64,000 nt of DNA from an uncultured bacterium (GTDB taxonomy: Bacteria > Babelota > Babeliae > Babelales > JABCYS01): NCBI GenBank assembly GCA_963705705.1, contig CAVPKK010000007.1, forward strand, positions 64,001-128,000, given 5' to 3'. The stretch's first letter is position 1; every line of letters starts with the position of its first letter. Shown piece by piece: positions 20,806 to 30,362 of this stretch. The position numbers were made by a program, and so were the translations under genes. The notes under the pieces are model-generated. The model was not told the origin of the DNA. It saw nothing but the letters and a program-made list of their open reading frames with translations, and searched no databases.

Positions 20806-21069
20806 TTAAAAACCTGTACGCGAGTTAGGTTGCATAATTACTGGCACAATACCCTGTTTGCTCGCCTCTTCTTGTTCCATTTTTCTTTCCGCTGCCAATT
20901 GCTTTGCCCATGCTTTCTGCGCGGCGCTTTGTCTTTGGCCGAAGTCCATTTGTTGCCAAGCTTGTTCCGTGCCGCCATCTTTAATGTACATGTCTTTCCA
21001 CCATGACTGATCTTGAGCAGCAATGTTACCAGCTACACATAAAGCAAACATTAGATAAATTTTCTTCAT
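20806..21069 (-). CDS. Small secreted protein
   Basis: MKKIYLMFALCVAGNIAA; promoter TTGCAA-N18-TAGAAT upstream. Confidence 0.7.
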   Translation of the reverse strand: MKKIYLMFALCVAGNIAAQDQSWWKDMYIKDGGTEQAWQQMDFGQRQSAAQKAWAKQLAAERKMEQEEASKQGIVPVIMQPNSRTGF

Positions 21070-21205
21070 TTTTTCCTTTTTAATTAAAACTCTCACGCTT
21101 CTATTCTAAAAAATGTCATACCGAATTTGCAAGAGATTGTTGGCAGGCAAACAAAAAAGGCATGTATTACCATGCCCTAAAAAGAATATTATGATCGCTC
21201 TCTCC

Positions 21206-21280
21206 CCGTTCGTATCTCGCTCATCCTGAGCCTGTCGAAGGACGATACTTTTTGCTACGCAAAACACTCAGGACGAACGG
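21206..21280. repeat. Nested REP-like elements
   Basis: Outer copy resembles the reverse complement of 38597-38648; inner cgctcatcctgagcctgtcgaagga is in the opposite orientation. Confidence 0.8.
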
Positions 21281-21334
21281 AGTCCTTCCAAACCTACAGG
21301 CCTGGCTTAATAAATAAATTTCTGAGTAAAAATA

Positions 21335-22402
21335 TTAAAGACTAGCGGCTTGCCGTTGACGGCGTTCCTCACGCTCCTTGGCGCGAAGTGCATCAATCAC
21401 CTCATCAATATCCCCTTCCATAAATAAATCAAGGGATTTGAGGGTAACGTCAGCCATGTGATCGGTAACGCGATTTTGCGGGAAATTATACGTACGCACC
21501 TTTTCAGCTCGTTCGCCGGTTCCGATCATTTCGCGACGAGTTTTACGTTCTTCAGCTTCACGTTTTTCTTGATCGGCTTGTCGCAGGCGTGAAATAAGCA
21601 TTTTATACGCACGGTCTTTGTTTTTGTGCTGCGAGCGTTCATCCTGGCAGGCAACAGCTACGCCAGTTGGGATATGGGTAATGCGCACAGCAGAGTCGGT
21701 TTTATTAACGTGCTGGCCGCCCGCACCGCCGGCGCGAAACGTATCGATACGTAAATCTTTGGGGTCGATGGAAACTTCTATTGTCTCGGCCTCTGCAATC
21801 GCAGCTACGGTGGCAGTTGAGGTATGGACGCGCCCTTGTGTTTCGGTAGCCGGTACGCGCTGTACCCGATGTACGCCAGATTCAAATTTCAGGTGACCGA
21901 ATACATTTTTGCCCTCAATATACAGCACAACTTCGCGGAACCCTTTCAGCTCAGTCTGGCTGGCGCTGACAATACTCACTTTCCAATTCTTTCTAATTCC
22001 GTAGTTGGTATACATACGAGCCAAGTCGCCAGCAAAGAGTGCGGCTTCCTGGCCGCCGGTTCCGGCACGAATTTCGATGAATATTGAGCGATCATCTAAA
22101 GGATCGGGCGGATAAATGAGCGCTTCCATCTCATATGTATGACGGGCAATGGTTGATTCAAGTTGATGGATTTCTTCATGATATAGCTGTTTAAGCTCCT
22201 CGTCCGAGGTTTGGGCAAGCTGCTCTTTAGCCGTATTGAGCTCAGCCTGCAATCGTTCAATGGTGGCATTTTGCTGCAATAGATTACCCAGGCGCGTATG
22301 CTCGCGCTGGAGGTTAGCCCGCTCTTTGGTATCCAGGTTGGCAGATAAAAGCTGCTGGGAAAGTTCGTTGAAACGGCTATCGATTTCGGACCAATTTATC
22401 AC
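21335..22402 (-). CDS. prfA: Peptide chain release factor 1
   Basis: RAGGAGGQHVNKTDSAVR, PAT recognition loop (VPATE), RTYNFPQNRVTDH. Confidence 0.98.
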   Translation of the reverse strand: MINWSEIDSRFNELSQQLLSANLDTKERANLQREHTRLGNLLQQNATIERLQAELNTAKEQLAQTSDEELKQLYHEEIHQLESTIARHTYEMEALIYPPDPLDDRSIFIEIRAGTGGQEAALFAGDLARMYTNYGIRKNWKVSIVSASQTELKGFREVVLYIEGKNVFGHLKFESGVHRVQRVPATETQGRVHTSTATVAAIAEAETIEVSIDPKDLRIDTFRAGGAGGQHVNKTDSAVRITHIPTGVAVACQDERSQHKNKDRAYKMLISRLRQADQEKREAEERKTRREMIGTGERAEKVRTYNFPQNRVTDHMADVTLKSLDLFMEGDIDEVIDALRAKEREERRQRQAASL

Positions 22403-22456
22403 ATTATTTCCAAAACAAAGCCTGCATATCGCAGCAGGCTTTGCATTTGTTCCGGA

Positions 22457-22480
22457 TCATCCTGAGCCCTGTCGAAGGGA
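22457..22480 (+). repeat. REP-like element core
   Basis: tcatcctgagccctgtcgaaggga between rpmE and prfA. Confidence 0.7.
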
Positions 22481-22505
22481 CCAGGCGTATATATTGTTAG
22501 GTTAA

Positions 22506-22769
22506 CTACTTCTTCTTGGCCGGTTTCGCCGCTTCTTTCTTAGCCGCTTTAGGAGCCTCAGCACCTGGCTGGAACTTCTTATAACGAGCTTCGAACTTCT
22601 CAATGCGGCCAGCTACGTCAATGTACTTCTGCGCCCCCGTAAAGAATGGATGGCACTTAGAACAAATCGTTGCTCTAATATCCGGCGCTGTAGAGATGGT
22701 TTGGAATGAGTTTCCGCACGCACAATGGGCAGTAACTTCATGTATTTCCGGGTGTATTTTTTGTTTCAT
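22506..22769 (-). CDS. rpmE: 50S ribosomal protein L31 (zinc-binding type)
   Basis: [27 protein letters not shown]. Confidence 0.97.
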   Translation of the reverse strand: MKQKIHPEIHEVTAHCACGNSFQTISTAPDIRATICSKCHPFFTGAQKYIDVAGRIEKFEARYKKFQPGAEAPKAAKKEAAKPAKKK

Positions 22770-22847
22770 GGATACCTCTGCTGTTAGAACGGACACCTTA
22801 CGGTGGTTACGTTCGGTTTAATTCCTAGGATTGGACCGGTGCAATTT

Positions 22848-22869
22848 ATCCTGAGTCTCATCGAAGGAT
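22848..22869 (+). repeat. REP-like element core
   Basis: atcctgagtctcatcgaaggat. Confidence 0.65.
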
Positions 22870-23002
22870 TCGGTTTAAAGGGACCTAAATTATCCAATAA
22901 AACAGCCTTTTTGACAAATGGTGGTAGGAATTGCCAAGGCCCTGATCGCTAATCTTTGGCCAGCAAGAGGTAAGGCAAAAGCCAGGGCTCTCAGTCCACT
23001 GA

Positions 23003-24166
23003 CTACAAAACCTCTATTTCTGCCCGAGTCGCCATTGCTTCCTTAATATGAGTTTCTTTATCTTTTAAATATTTATCAAAAAACTGCAGAATACTGAAAC
23101 TAGCAAGCTCAGTTGCCTTTTCGGCTGCCAGAGAACCTAGGCCAAATTGCAAGAATAGGATTGGGGCAAGAGCAGTATCTTTAAGGAATATACTGTCACA
23201 AAATGACATATGCCCTGCGCCATGAATTACAATTTTATACCAATCCGACGCTTGGTTTGCATGTATTAAATCAATGTCGCGGCTATATTCTGTGTTACTC
23301 ATCTTTGCCCATGCAATACTGTCTTCGGCAAAAACATGCATAAACGGCTTATCAAACTTTTCTAAGGGCTCTATATTTCCCCAAATACCGCCATCCAAAT
23401 TAATTCCGGCTTTTATCTGTGCAATCCGTTTTGTTGCATGCAGCGTTGTTGATCCGCCAGTTGAGTGGCCAAACATCCCAATATGATCTACCTCTAAATG
23501 ACGATAAAAAACCTCATTAGCATCGCCATTCAATGCTATCATGTGCGAAACAACAAATCCCACATCGGCAACAAAAATATCTGCAACCTCCTGCTGTTTT
23601 TGCTTATCGGTTTGGCTCAAGCCTGGCACTTCAACTGCAGCAATAGACCTGCCATCTGGAAAGGTAACCTGTTCTGCAAAATAGGTATGGTCAATACTTA
23701 CTACAATATAACCATGGCTTGCCAAGCTTTCACACAAGGCACTATTGTGCGTGCGCATACAAGCATATCCAGCGCAAAAGAGCACGATAGGAAACCTTCC
23801 TTCTGCTACAGCTGCATTGGGTTGTGCATGTACAAAAATAGTGTCCAGCTGCGCAAGCTGCTCACTCGCAACTGAAGCTTGTTTGGAAATGATTTTATGC
23901 TTCCAATGCTTAATGGCATCTGGGGCATATGAAGTTGTTGGGTGGGCATCTTTATCACCCTGCGCGGGATACCACAATTGCACCATTAATTCTCTATAGG
24001 GATGCAACGGATCGGTGGATAATCTTTCCCTGCGCGATTCATCAACCAAATGCAATGATCTTGTGCCAATGGCGTATTCCCCTGCAGGTTTCGGGAAGGA
24101 TATTGCTTGCATGTTCATATAGATAGCTCCCATCATAACGAAATAGATTCGTTTACCAGTATCCAT
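23003..24166 (-). CDS. Alpha/beta hydrolase, PAF-acetylhydrolase-like
   Basis: RELMVQLWYP, LASHGYIVVSIDH, GHSTGG nucleophile elbow, INLDG, HMSFCD. Confidence 0.9.
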   Translation of the reverse strand: MDTGKRIYFVMMGAIYMNMQAISFPKPAGEYAIGTRSLHLVDESRRERLSTDPLHPYRELMVQLWYPAQGDKDAHPTTSYAPDAIKHWKHKIISKQASVASEQLAQLDTIFVHAQPNAAVAEGRFPIVLFCAGYACMRTHNSALCESLASHGYIVVSIDHTYFAEQVTFPDGRSIAAVEVPGLSQTDKQKQQEVADIFVADVGFVVSHMIALNGDANEVFYRHLEVDHIGMFGHSTGGSTTLHATKRIAQIKAGINLDGGIWGNIEPLEKFDKPFMHVFAEDSIAWAKMSNTEYSRDIDLIHANQASDWYKIVIHGAGHMSFCDSIFLKDTALAPILFLQFGLGSLAAEKATELASFSILQFFDKYLKDKETHIKEAMATRAEIEVL

Positions 24167-24460
24167 TGTAATTCCTTTACGTCTTGTATTAAGGAAATTA
24201 ATAATCACTGGTTGCACTATACGCTATTACGTTACGTCAGGGTCAAGTAGGTGCTTTTGCAGTATAATTTGTAACATATGTGTAGGCGCCGTTGGGCGGT
24301 ATAGCAATGGCATCTGGTGACAATCCGACGGTCTGATGGCTATATCAGCTGGATTTAGACTAACCCTATGGTCCCAGCAGCCGAATTAATGGAGGCTGCT
24401 GATGTTAAAACTAAAATGATTATAAAGAAATATTTTTTGATCCTAATTTCTCATTAAATT

Positions 24461-25444
24461 TTACTTGCCATGAGCAGGTCTTTCAGGCATTGGTAAATGT
24501 TGGAGATTTGGTGCTAGCACAAAGCGGCCTTTGGCTGCTTGTTGTTGGCTTCGCAATTCATTTGCCTTGACTTGCAGTGCATTTTCTCTGATTCGATTTT
24601 TTTGTTGAGCTTTGCGCTGCGAAATCCTGGATGGTTTCGGCTGCGGGAGCTCAGATTGCGGGGGTTGGGAAGATGGTTTCGGTTGCGTGGGCTCGGGAAG
24701 CGAGTGCAGTTCGGGATTAAACGGTGGAGGTGGTGGCATTGGTGTAATTTTTCTAGATGTGGGAGTAATTTTTTTTGCAATAGTTTGTAATTCAGTTGGC
24801 CCCCTTTGGCTCCCTCCTCCTAGATGTATTATGTCACGGATCTGAGAACTTTTTATTTTTCCCCGTTGTTCTGAGGTCAGATTATGAATTGGATTGGCCT
24901 GCAACTCTTCCTCATTTTCTTTTGGCTTGATACCTAATCTTTCAGTAGTCTGGGGAGGCATATTTTTCAATGCCCTTGCTTCTTTTAATTGACGAGCTTT
25001 TTGTCCCCAGGAAGTTAAGGATGTGTTTTCTTTTGGTTGCATCAAACCATGAGGGGACTCCGGAGTAAATGGACTTTCAAGTTCTCGTAATGACAATGGA
25101 GTTCCAACTGAGGATGGACTTGGCGTTGGTGCAGTATGAATTGTTTCGGCAGATTGACGAAGACCTGGTTCAGTTACAGATTTAGTTAAAACCGGTACCC
25201 CTTGGCTTTTTGGTACGCGATGAAATTCCACATGCATTGAGGTATAAGGATTTGCCTGCACATTTCTGCTTGGCCGGCCAATCTCACCGCTTTGTCTTCG
25301 GGGTTGCCCCAATTGTTCTTCTTCATTTTGATGGGAAGCCCTTCGCACAGATAGTCCTTCAGCTGCTGCAGTCTCACCCAAGGCAAACATAGCTTGCGTG
25401 GTGGCGCCCATAATAAACAACAAACCGATATAATTTATCTTCAT
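24461..25444 (-). CDS. MGE/LGE-family secreted disordered protein 1
   Basis: MKINYIGLL..AMFA-LGE...NPYTSMHVEFHR...KSVTEP...HTAPTPSP. Confidence 0.85.
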   Translation of the reverse strand: MKINYIGLLFIMGATTQAMFALGETAAAEGLSVRRASHQNEEEQLGQPRRQSGEIGRPSRNVQANPYTSMHVEFHRVPKSQGVPVLTKSVTEPGLRQSAETIHTAPTPSPSSVGTPLSLRELESPFTPESPHGLMQPKENTSLTSWGQKARQLKEARALKNMPPQTTERLGIKPKENEEELQANPIHNLTSEQRGKIKSSQIRDIIHLGGGSQRGPTELQTIAKKITPTSRKITPMPPPPPFNPELHSLPEPTQPKPSSQPPQSELPQPKPSRISQRKAQQKNRIRENALQVKANELRSQQQAAKGRFVLAPNLQHLPMPERPAHGK

Positions 25445-25471
25445 TGCTTTCTTCCTGTGATTTCTGATCCA

Positions 25472-25933
25472 CTACCGCGACGATGCTGGGCTAGGATTTT
25501 TAAGAGTTTCAAGAACTGTGCTTGGTTTTTCTTGGCCAGTTGGCTGAACAGCTAGATTCTGCCTCCGCATTTCTTCACGTTCTTTTAAAGTAATTTCTTT
25601 TGGTCGTTCATATATATTGCCAACAGGTTTGCCTAGTTTTAGGTGAGGAGGAAACTCTGTAGGTTGAATTCGAGACATTGTAGAAGACTTTGCGGGTGGT
25701 AGAATTATATAACGTTTCGCTGGTGCCTGTTGTGGTTGAACAGCCGGTTCTCGATGGAATACAACCTTCTTTGCCGGAATCGGATTTGCTTTTGCTGGTT
25801 TTTGCACAACATAATGTTTCACCGGACGGGGCCTTCGTTGAATTTGTTCCGCTTCAGCCACTTCACCTAAAGCCATTATATTTTGAGCAAACAAGCTCAT
25901 GACTGACAATAATCGGATATATCTTTTCTTCAT
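25472..25933 (-). CDS. MGE/LGE-family secreted protein 2
   Basis: MKKRYIRLL..NIMA-LGE...NPIPAKKVVFHR. Confidence 0.85.
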   Translation of the reverse strand: MKKRYIRLLSVMSLFAQNIMALGEVAEAEQIQRRPRPVKHYVVQKPAKANPIPAKKVVFHREPAVQPQQAPAKRYIILPPAKSSTMSRIQPTEFPPHLKLGKPVGNIYERPKEITLKEREEMRRQNLAVQPTGQEKPSTVLETLKNPSPASSR

Positions 25934-25946
25934 TGCATTTCCTTTC

Positions 25947-26591
25947 TTATTTACCATAGACTTTCCTACGCAATTTTTCACGCTGAGCTAACGATCTTGC
26001 TGCTTCCTTGCGGGCAAATGCTGCTTGCTCTGCCGGAAGATTCTTTTCCAATAATGCCCTATTAATTTGAGCAGTTTTTTCCCGCAATTGTTTCATTTCC
26101 GAAGCACGTTTTGCCTCAGCTTCCATACGTGTTTCATTGACCTGAGTTCTTGCTTGGGCCGCCGGCAATGATAATGGCGCATTAACCTGCCCTGGAAAAT
26201 CCCACGGTTTGAGTGGTTGTGTCGGAGGAATTGGTCGATTTATCTTTTGTTCTTCGATTGATAATCTTTTATTTGGCTTCGGAGGAACTTGAGGAGCCAC
26301 ACCTTGTTTTTGAGCAGCTAATTGACCTGACTCAGCAGCTGAAGGAAGTGGTAATAATGGTGGTGTAAAAGTTCTTTTCTCTGTTCTATGATACACAACG
26401 GGTTTGTAAGCATGCCCAGTACCTATTCCCCCAACAGCTTCTGTTGGACGTGCTGTATGTACTATTGGCCGTGATACTTTTTCTTCATGTGATTGTCGTC
26501 GTCCAATTAACGCTTCTTCCCCCATGGCCCGCACATTTTGTGCAATGGTGCTCAGAACGAAAAAAAAGCCAATATATATTTTTTTGTTCAT
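25947..26591 (-). CDS. MGE/LGE-family secreted protein 3
   Basis: MNKKIYIG..NVRA-MGE...YKPVVYHR; PQVPPKP. Confidence 0.85.
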   Translation of the reverse strand: MNKKIYIGFFFVLSTIAQNVRAMGEEALIGRRQSHEEKVSRPIVHTARPTEAVGGIGTGHAYKPVVYHRTEKRTFTPPLLPLPSAAESGQLAAQKQGVAPQVPPKPNKRLSIEEQKINRPIPPTQPLKPWDFPGQVNAPLSLPAAQARTQVNETRMEAEAKRASEMKQLREKTAQINRALLEKNLPAEQAAFARKEAARSLAQREKLRRKVYGK

Positions 26592-26623
26592 TACCTTCCT
26601 TTTTCTAGTTCTAATCCCAAGCT

Positions 26624-27505
26624 TTATCGCATTTGCGATGGATTCCTAGGAACAGGTTTATATAATTCAACCTTTGCCCCTTGCCTTATTTGTTGCTGAA
26701 CACGAGGCGAATTTTTAAACATTTGTTCAGGAACTACAACAGTTTTTGTTACTGGTTGAGTAACTATTCTTTGTGGCACCAGTGGCTTAACTCCTCGAGG
26801 TATCTCTCGTTGCGGCTGCGGCTGTGGTATTTGTGGTTGTTTGCTAGCAGGCGTCATAAATTTCTCTTGTACTTTGCTTGCAAATGTAACTTCTTTTGGT
26901 TTTTCAATTGGCGCACCAGTTTTCTTTAAAATACCCTTTTGTTTTGGAAAACTTTTTTCAGTAGGTTTTCCTTCCGTTGGGAATCCCCCGGTTCCCGAAG
27001 CTCTTACTTTTTCTTCTTCAGCTATTTTTTCTTGAGCTATTTTTTCATAGTATGGTTCACGATGCCAACCAAATGGAACTGGTGGCGGCTCAGGTGAAAT
27101 AATTCTTGTTGGAAGATTTTGCTGCGGTTGGCTTCCTTTTCCTGCCTCAATATTTATTTGTCTTATATTTTGTTTTTGAGTTTGAGCGCGCAAATTCTTC
27201 AATTCTTTCGGTGAAGCTTCTAGCGGAGAAATAGGAGTATACGTTTGCCTTTTAAAAATCCATGGTTTTAAAGGGGTTGGCGGCGCGCTTTGCTTGTGAT
27301 AATGAATTTCCCCAGGATGAAAAGGACTCACTTGGCTTGTTCCTGCACTCGGTCGCTGTACAATATCAACTCGATATTGCGCTCGAGCTCTCGGCTGCTC
27401 GCCTTCTTCTGGCTGGCGCCGACGACCGATTACACCTTCTTCGCCCATTGTTAATAAGCTTTGTGCTATGCCTAAAGCAAACAATATGCCAATAATTTTT
27501 TTCAC
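26624..27505 (-). CDS. MGE/LGE-family secreted protein 4
   Basis: ..SLLT-MGE...SPFHPGEIHYHK; KGILKK...KEVTF. Confidence 0.85.
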   Translation of the reverse strand: MKKIIGILFALGIAQSLLTMGEEGVIGRRRQPEEGEQPRARAQYRVDIVQRPSAGTSQVSPFHPGEIHYHKQSAPPTPLKPWIFKRQTYTPISPLEASPKELKNLRAQTQKQNIRQINIEAGKGSQPQQNLPTRIISPEPPPVPFGWHREPYYEKIAQEKIAEEEKVRASGTGGFPTEGKPTEKSFPKQKGILKKTGAPIEKPKEVTFASKVQEKFMTPASKQPQIPQPQPQREIPRGVKPLVPQRIVTQPVTKTVVVPEQMFKNSPRVQQQIRQGAKVELYKPVPRNPSQMR

Positions 27506-27539
27506 TTTTTCCCTTTAGTTCTAATGCACTTTTCTTACT

Positions 27540-28349
27540 TTAGCTTTTGCCTCGTGGTCTTGTAGTTGGTAGAGCAGGCAAAGGTGGCTGAACGTTCGAT
27601 GCCTTTCTTGTAGCCGATTGAGTCGGATGACTTCCTTCAATTAATTGTTTGTTTGTTTGCTTAGCTGCCAACTCTCTTCTTTGGGCTTCTATTTTAGCTC
27701 CCAGTTCTCTATGAGCTGCTGCACTTGGTAGTGGGGGCGGTGGAATTATATTTGGTTGCGGCAAAACGGGTCTCAGTATGGGCTGCACGTCTACTCGCTG
27801 GGGTTCCGTAGGTATTGGCGGCAGTGGTGGATGCTGTATTTTCTTAGGGCCAATAGGCAATGGAGGTGGCGTTGTACGCGTTGGAGGCGTAGGAACACTC
27901 GGTGTTCCAGTTGTGGGTATGACACTTGCTTGAGCTTGTGCTCGATTTCTAGCTGCTGCTTCTGCTAACCTTTTTCCTTCAGCTGCAGTTTTTTCTTCTG
28001 GAGAAGCTGGTAGCAGTTGTGGTTTAAAAGGCTCTTGCCGGATAGACGATATATTTTGTGATTGAAGACGCGCTCTTTCCTCTGGCGTCATACTTTGTAT
28101 TGGCACCAATGTACGCTTCTGCACAGGAAGTTCATAATGAACGTGTTTGCCAACAAATGGATTAACCTGGCCTTTTTCAGCAAATTGACTAGGTCTGGCT
28201 TGACCCATTTGCTGATGTGTTCTTGCTATTTCTCCCTGTTGCTCGCGCTGCAACCGTTGCATACGCTGCATAACAGTTTCTTCTCCCATCGCAAGGATAT
28301 TTTGCATAGCTATCGCGGCAATGAATAATCCGATATACAAGTTTTTCAT
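27540..28349 (-). CDS. MGE/LGE-family secreted protein 5, polyproline-rich
   Basis: MKNLYIGL..NILA-MGE...NPFVGKHVHY; several PPLP tracts. Confidence 0.85.
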   Translation of the reverse strand: MKNLYIGLFIAAIAMQNILAMGEETVMQRMQRLQREQQGEIARTHQQMGQARPSQFAEKGQVNPFVGKHVHYELPVQKRTLVPIQSMTPEERARLQSQNISSIRQEPFKPQLLPASPEEKTAAEGKRLAEAAARNRAQAQASVIPTTGTPSVPTPPTRTTPPPLPIGPKKIQHPPLPPIPTEPQRVDVQPILRPVLPQPNIIPPPPLPSAAAHRELGAKIEAQRRELAAKQTNKQLIEGSHPTQSATRKASNVQPPLPALPTTRPRGKS

Positions 28350-28383
28350 GTTTGTTACTTTGTTGTTTGTTCAGTGAAAAATT

Positions 28384-29079
28384 CTATTTTTTTCCTGTAT
28401 GTTTATTTAAATAATCTCCCAATTCTTTTAGCCTTGCACTTTTTTCCTCTTGTTCCATATGTGTTTTTGGACTAGTAGGTAATAATTTGTTGAATTCATC
28501 TGCGGCACTCTTAACACTAAGAATTGGTTTAGATGGCTTAGGTATTGGATGAGTTGCTACCGGTCTCTCATTAATATTAGGTAGTTCAATTCTTTCTTCA
28601 TTTAATTCCGGTATTGTTCCTAGAGTGCCACCTGCTTTAATTGAACCCTTTTGCTTCCGATTTTGCCAAAGTTCTTTTAATCGACCTTTGAATGTTTTCT
28701 CTGCTGGTTTTTGCCCCTGTATTACTTGTTGTCCTTTCGACGCTTCAACCATACCCTGTGCAAGACTGCTTTGCCCTTGAGGAGCATTTTTTACTTTAGT
28801 TAATTCATTTTTTTGAAACGACACAGGTTCCGTTTGAGTATGTTGTCCCAAACTCTCATGTGGTGAAGTTAAATTACGCCGGTGATAGACAACATGAGGT
28901 TCAGGAAGTAATTGCTTTGCTGGCTTTGAATTCATATGCTCAGGTTTACTAACGGACCGGCGAACATGCACCTCTTCTGATGGATGAGGTCGCGGATGAT
29001 ATCCCGTTTCACCCAGAGCCAATATATATTGGGCACTTATGCCCATAATAAATAAAACAAATGAATATTTTCTGATCAT
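28384..29079 (-). CDS. MGE/LGE-family secreted protein 6
   Basis: ..YILA-LGE...RRSVSKP...HVVYHR. Confidence 0.85.
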   Translation of the reverse strand: MIRKYSFVLFIMGISAQYILALGETGYHPRPHPSEEVHVRRSVSKPEHMNSKPAKQLLPEPHVVYHRRNLTSPHESLGQHTQTEPVSFQKNELTKVKNAPQGQSSLAQGMVEASKGQQVIQGQKPAEKTFKGRLKELWQNRKQKGSIKAGGTLGTIPELNEERIELPNINERPVATHPIPKPSKPILSVKSAADEFNKLLPTSPKTHMEQEEKSARLKELGDYLNKHTGKK

Positions 29080-29180
29080 TACTTTCCTTTTTTTTATATC
29101 TCAACAAGAATTTCATTTTCTTTGTTGACCATCTGCTCACATCAAAATTCACGAGTTCGAGTCTCGGATTTGGCCAATCT

Positions 29181-30227
29181 TTAATGTCCCTTAGGAGGTG
29201 GAGTCCATCCTTTTTGTTTTAATGCATTAATTGTTCGGTTTTTTGCATTGACTGCGACAATTCTTTTATTCTTTGCTGCTACACGCTCCGGCGTTCCAGG
29301 AGTGGCTTTTCGCATTTCCTCTGCAGCCTTATGTACTGGTTTATTGAGATGTTCAAGAGCATTATTTATCGCTTTATGAGCATTTGCAATGTCAGTGTGG
29401 GCTTTAGAGACTTGTTGTTCTGCCGCATTTACTTGTGCGTGGGGTGCATTTTTATCTAATAAATTTTGCAGCTTTGTTTTTGCTGCAGCATGTTCTTTTT
29501 GCGCTGCTGTTAATTTCTCGTGAGCGTTGAGTGCTGCAGTGTGAGGTGTTTCCCCTGCTGGCAGCCCTCCTGGTTCTCCATGCGGTGGTGCAACAGGAAT
29601 CGCTGCCTGGCTTGTTTTAGGCTGTGATACTGATTGTTTAGGCATTTTAGCAACTGCTTCTTGAGCCTTCCTTAAATTAGCGTTTGCTTGATCAAGTGCA
29701 CGTTGTCGTGCTTTAATATCCGGACTATTTTCCGGTGTTGCCAAAAATTTTTGTAGAGCTTGATCTCTTTGCTCATTTGCTTGAGTTCTAGCCTCTATTA
29801 ACTCTCGATTAGTTGGTACTCTTGGTTCCCCAAGATGTGGGGTTAAAGGACTATTTGGCTGTATCGGTGATTGCGTCGGTGTGCCGCTTGGAGCAGGACT
29901 TGGTGTAGGTGCGGTATGAATTGTTTCGGTAGTTTGGCCGGGAATTGGTTCTGAAACAGTTCTAGTTGGTAATACAGGAGTTTCTAGATGAGGAGTTCTA
30001 TGAAATTTAATTTGCCCCTCGTGATAGGGGCTTTTGGTGGTTATAGTTTTATGCGCATTTTCACCAATAATTGGTTCATGTTGATGCTGGCTTGGTTCTT
30101 CTTCTTCATTTCGGTGTGAAGGCCTTCGCTCGCCTACTTCTTCAACTACTGCCATCTCACCCAAAGCAAACATAGTTTGCGAGGCGGTGACCATAATACA
30201 TAATAAGCCGATACAAATTCTCTTCAT
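29181..30227 (-). CDS. MGE/LGE-family secreted protein 7 with helical C-half
   Basis: MKRICIGLL..TMFA-LGE...SPYHEGQIKFHR...RTVSEP...HTAPTPSP. Confidence 0.85.
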   Translation of the reverse strand: MKRICIGLLCIMVTASQTMFALGEMAVVEEVGERRPSHRNEEEEPSQHQHEPIIGENAHKTITTKSPYHEGQIKFHRTPHLETPVLPTRTVSEPIPGQTTETIHTAPTPSPAPSGTPTQSPIQPNSPLTPHLGEPRVPTNRELIEARTQANEQRDQALQKFLATPENSPDIKARQRALDQANANLRKAQEAVAKMPKQSVSQPKTSQAAIPVAPPHGEPGGLPAGETPHTAALNAHEKLTAAQKEHAAAKTKLQNLLDKNAPHAQVNAAEQQVSKAHTDIANAHKAINNALEHLNKPVHKAAEEMRKATPGTPERVAAKNKRIVAVNAKNRTINALKQKGWTPPPKGH

Positions 30228-30362
30228 TGCTTTCCTTTTTACCCTTTTTATTACCTGCAATCTTTCTACGCTCAGCTTAAATTAGAGCAAACTTAATTTG
30301 CAAGGGTTCATTTTTTGTTAACAGAAGCCAAATCCTTTATTAATTGACGTTTCTTCATTTTC

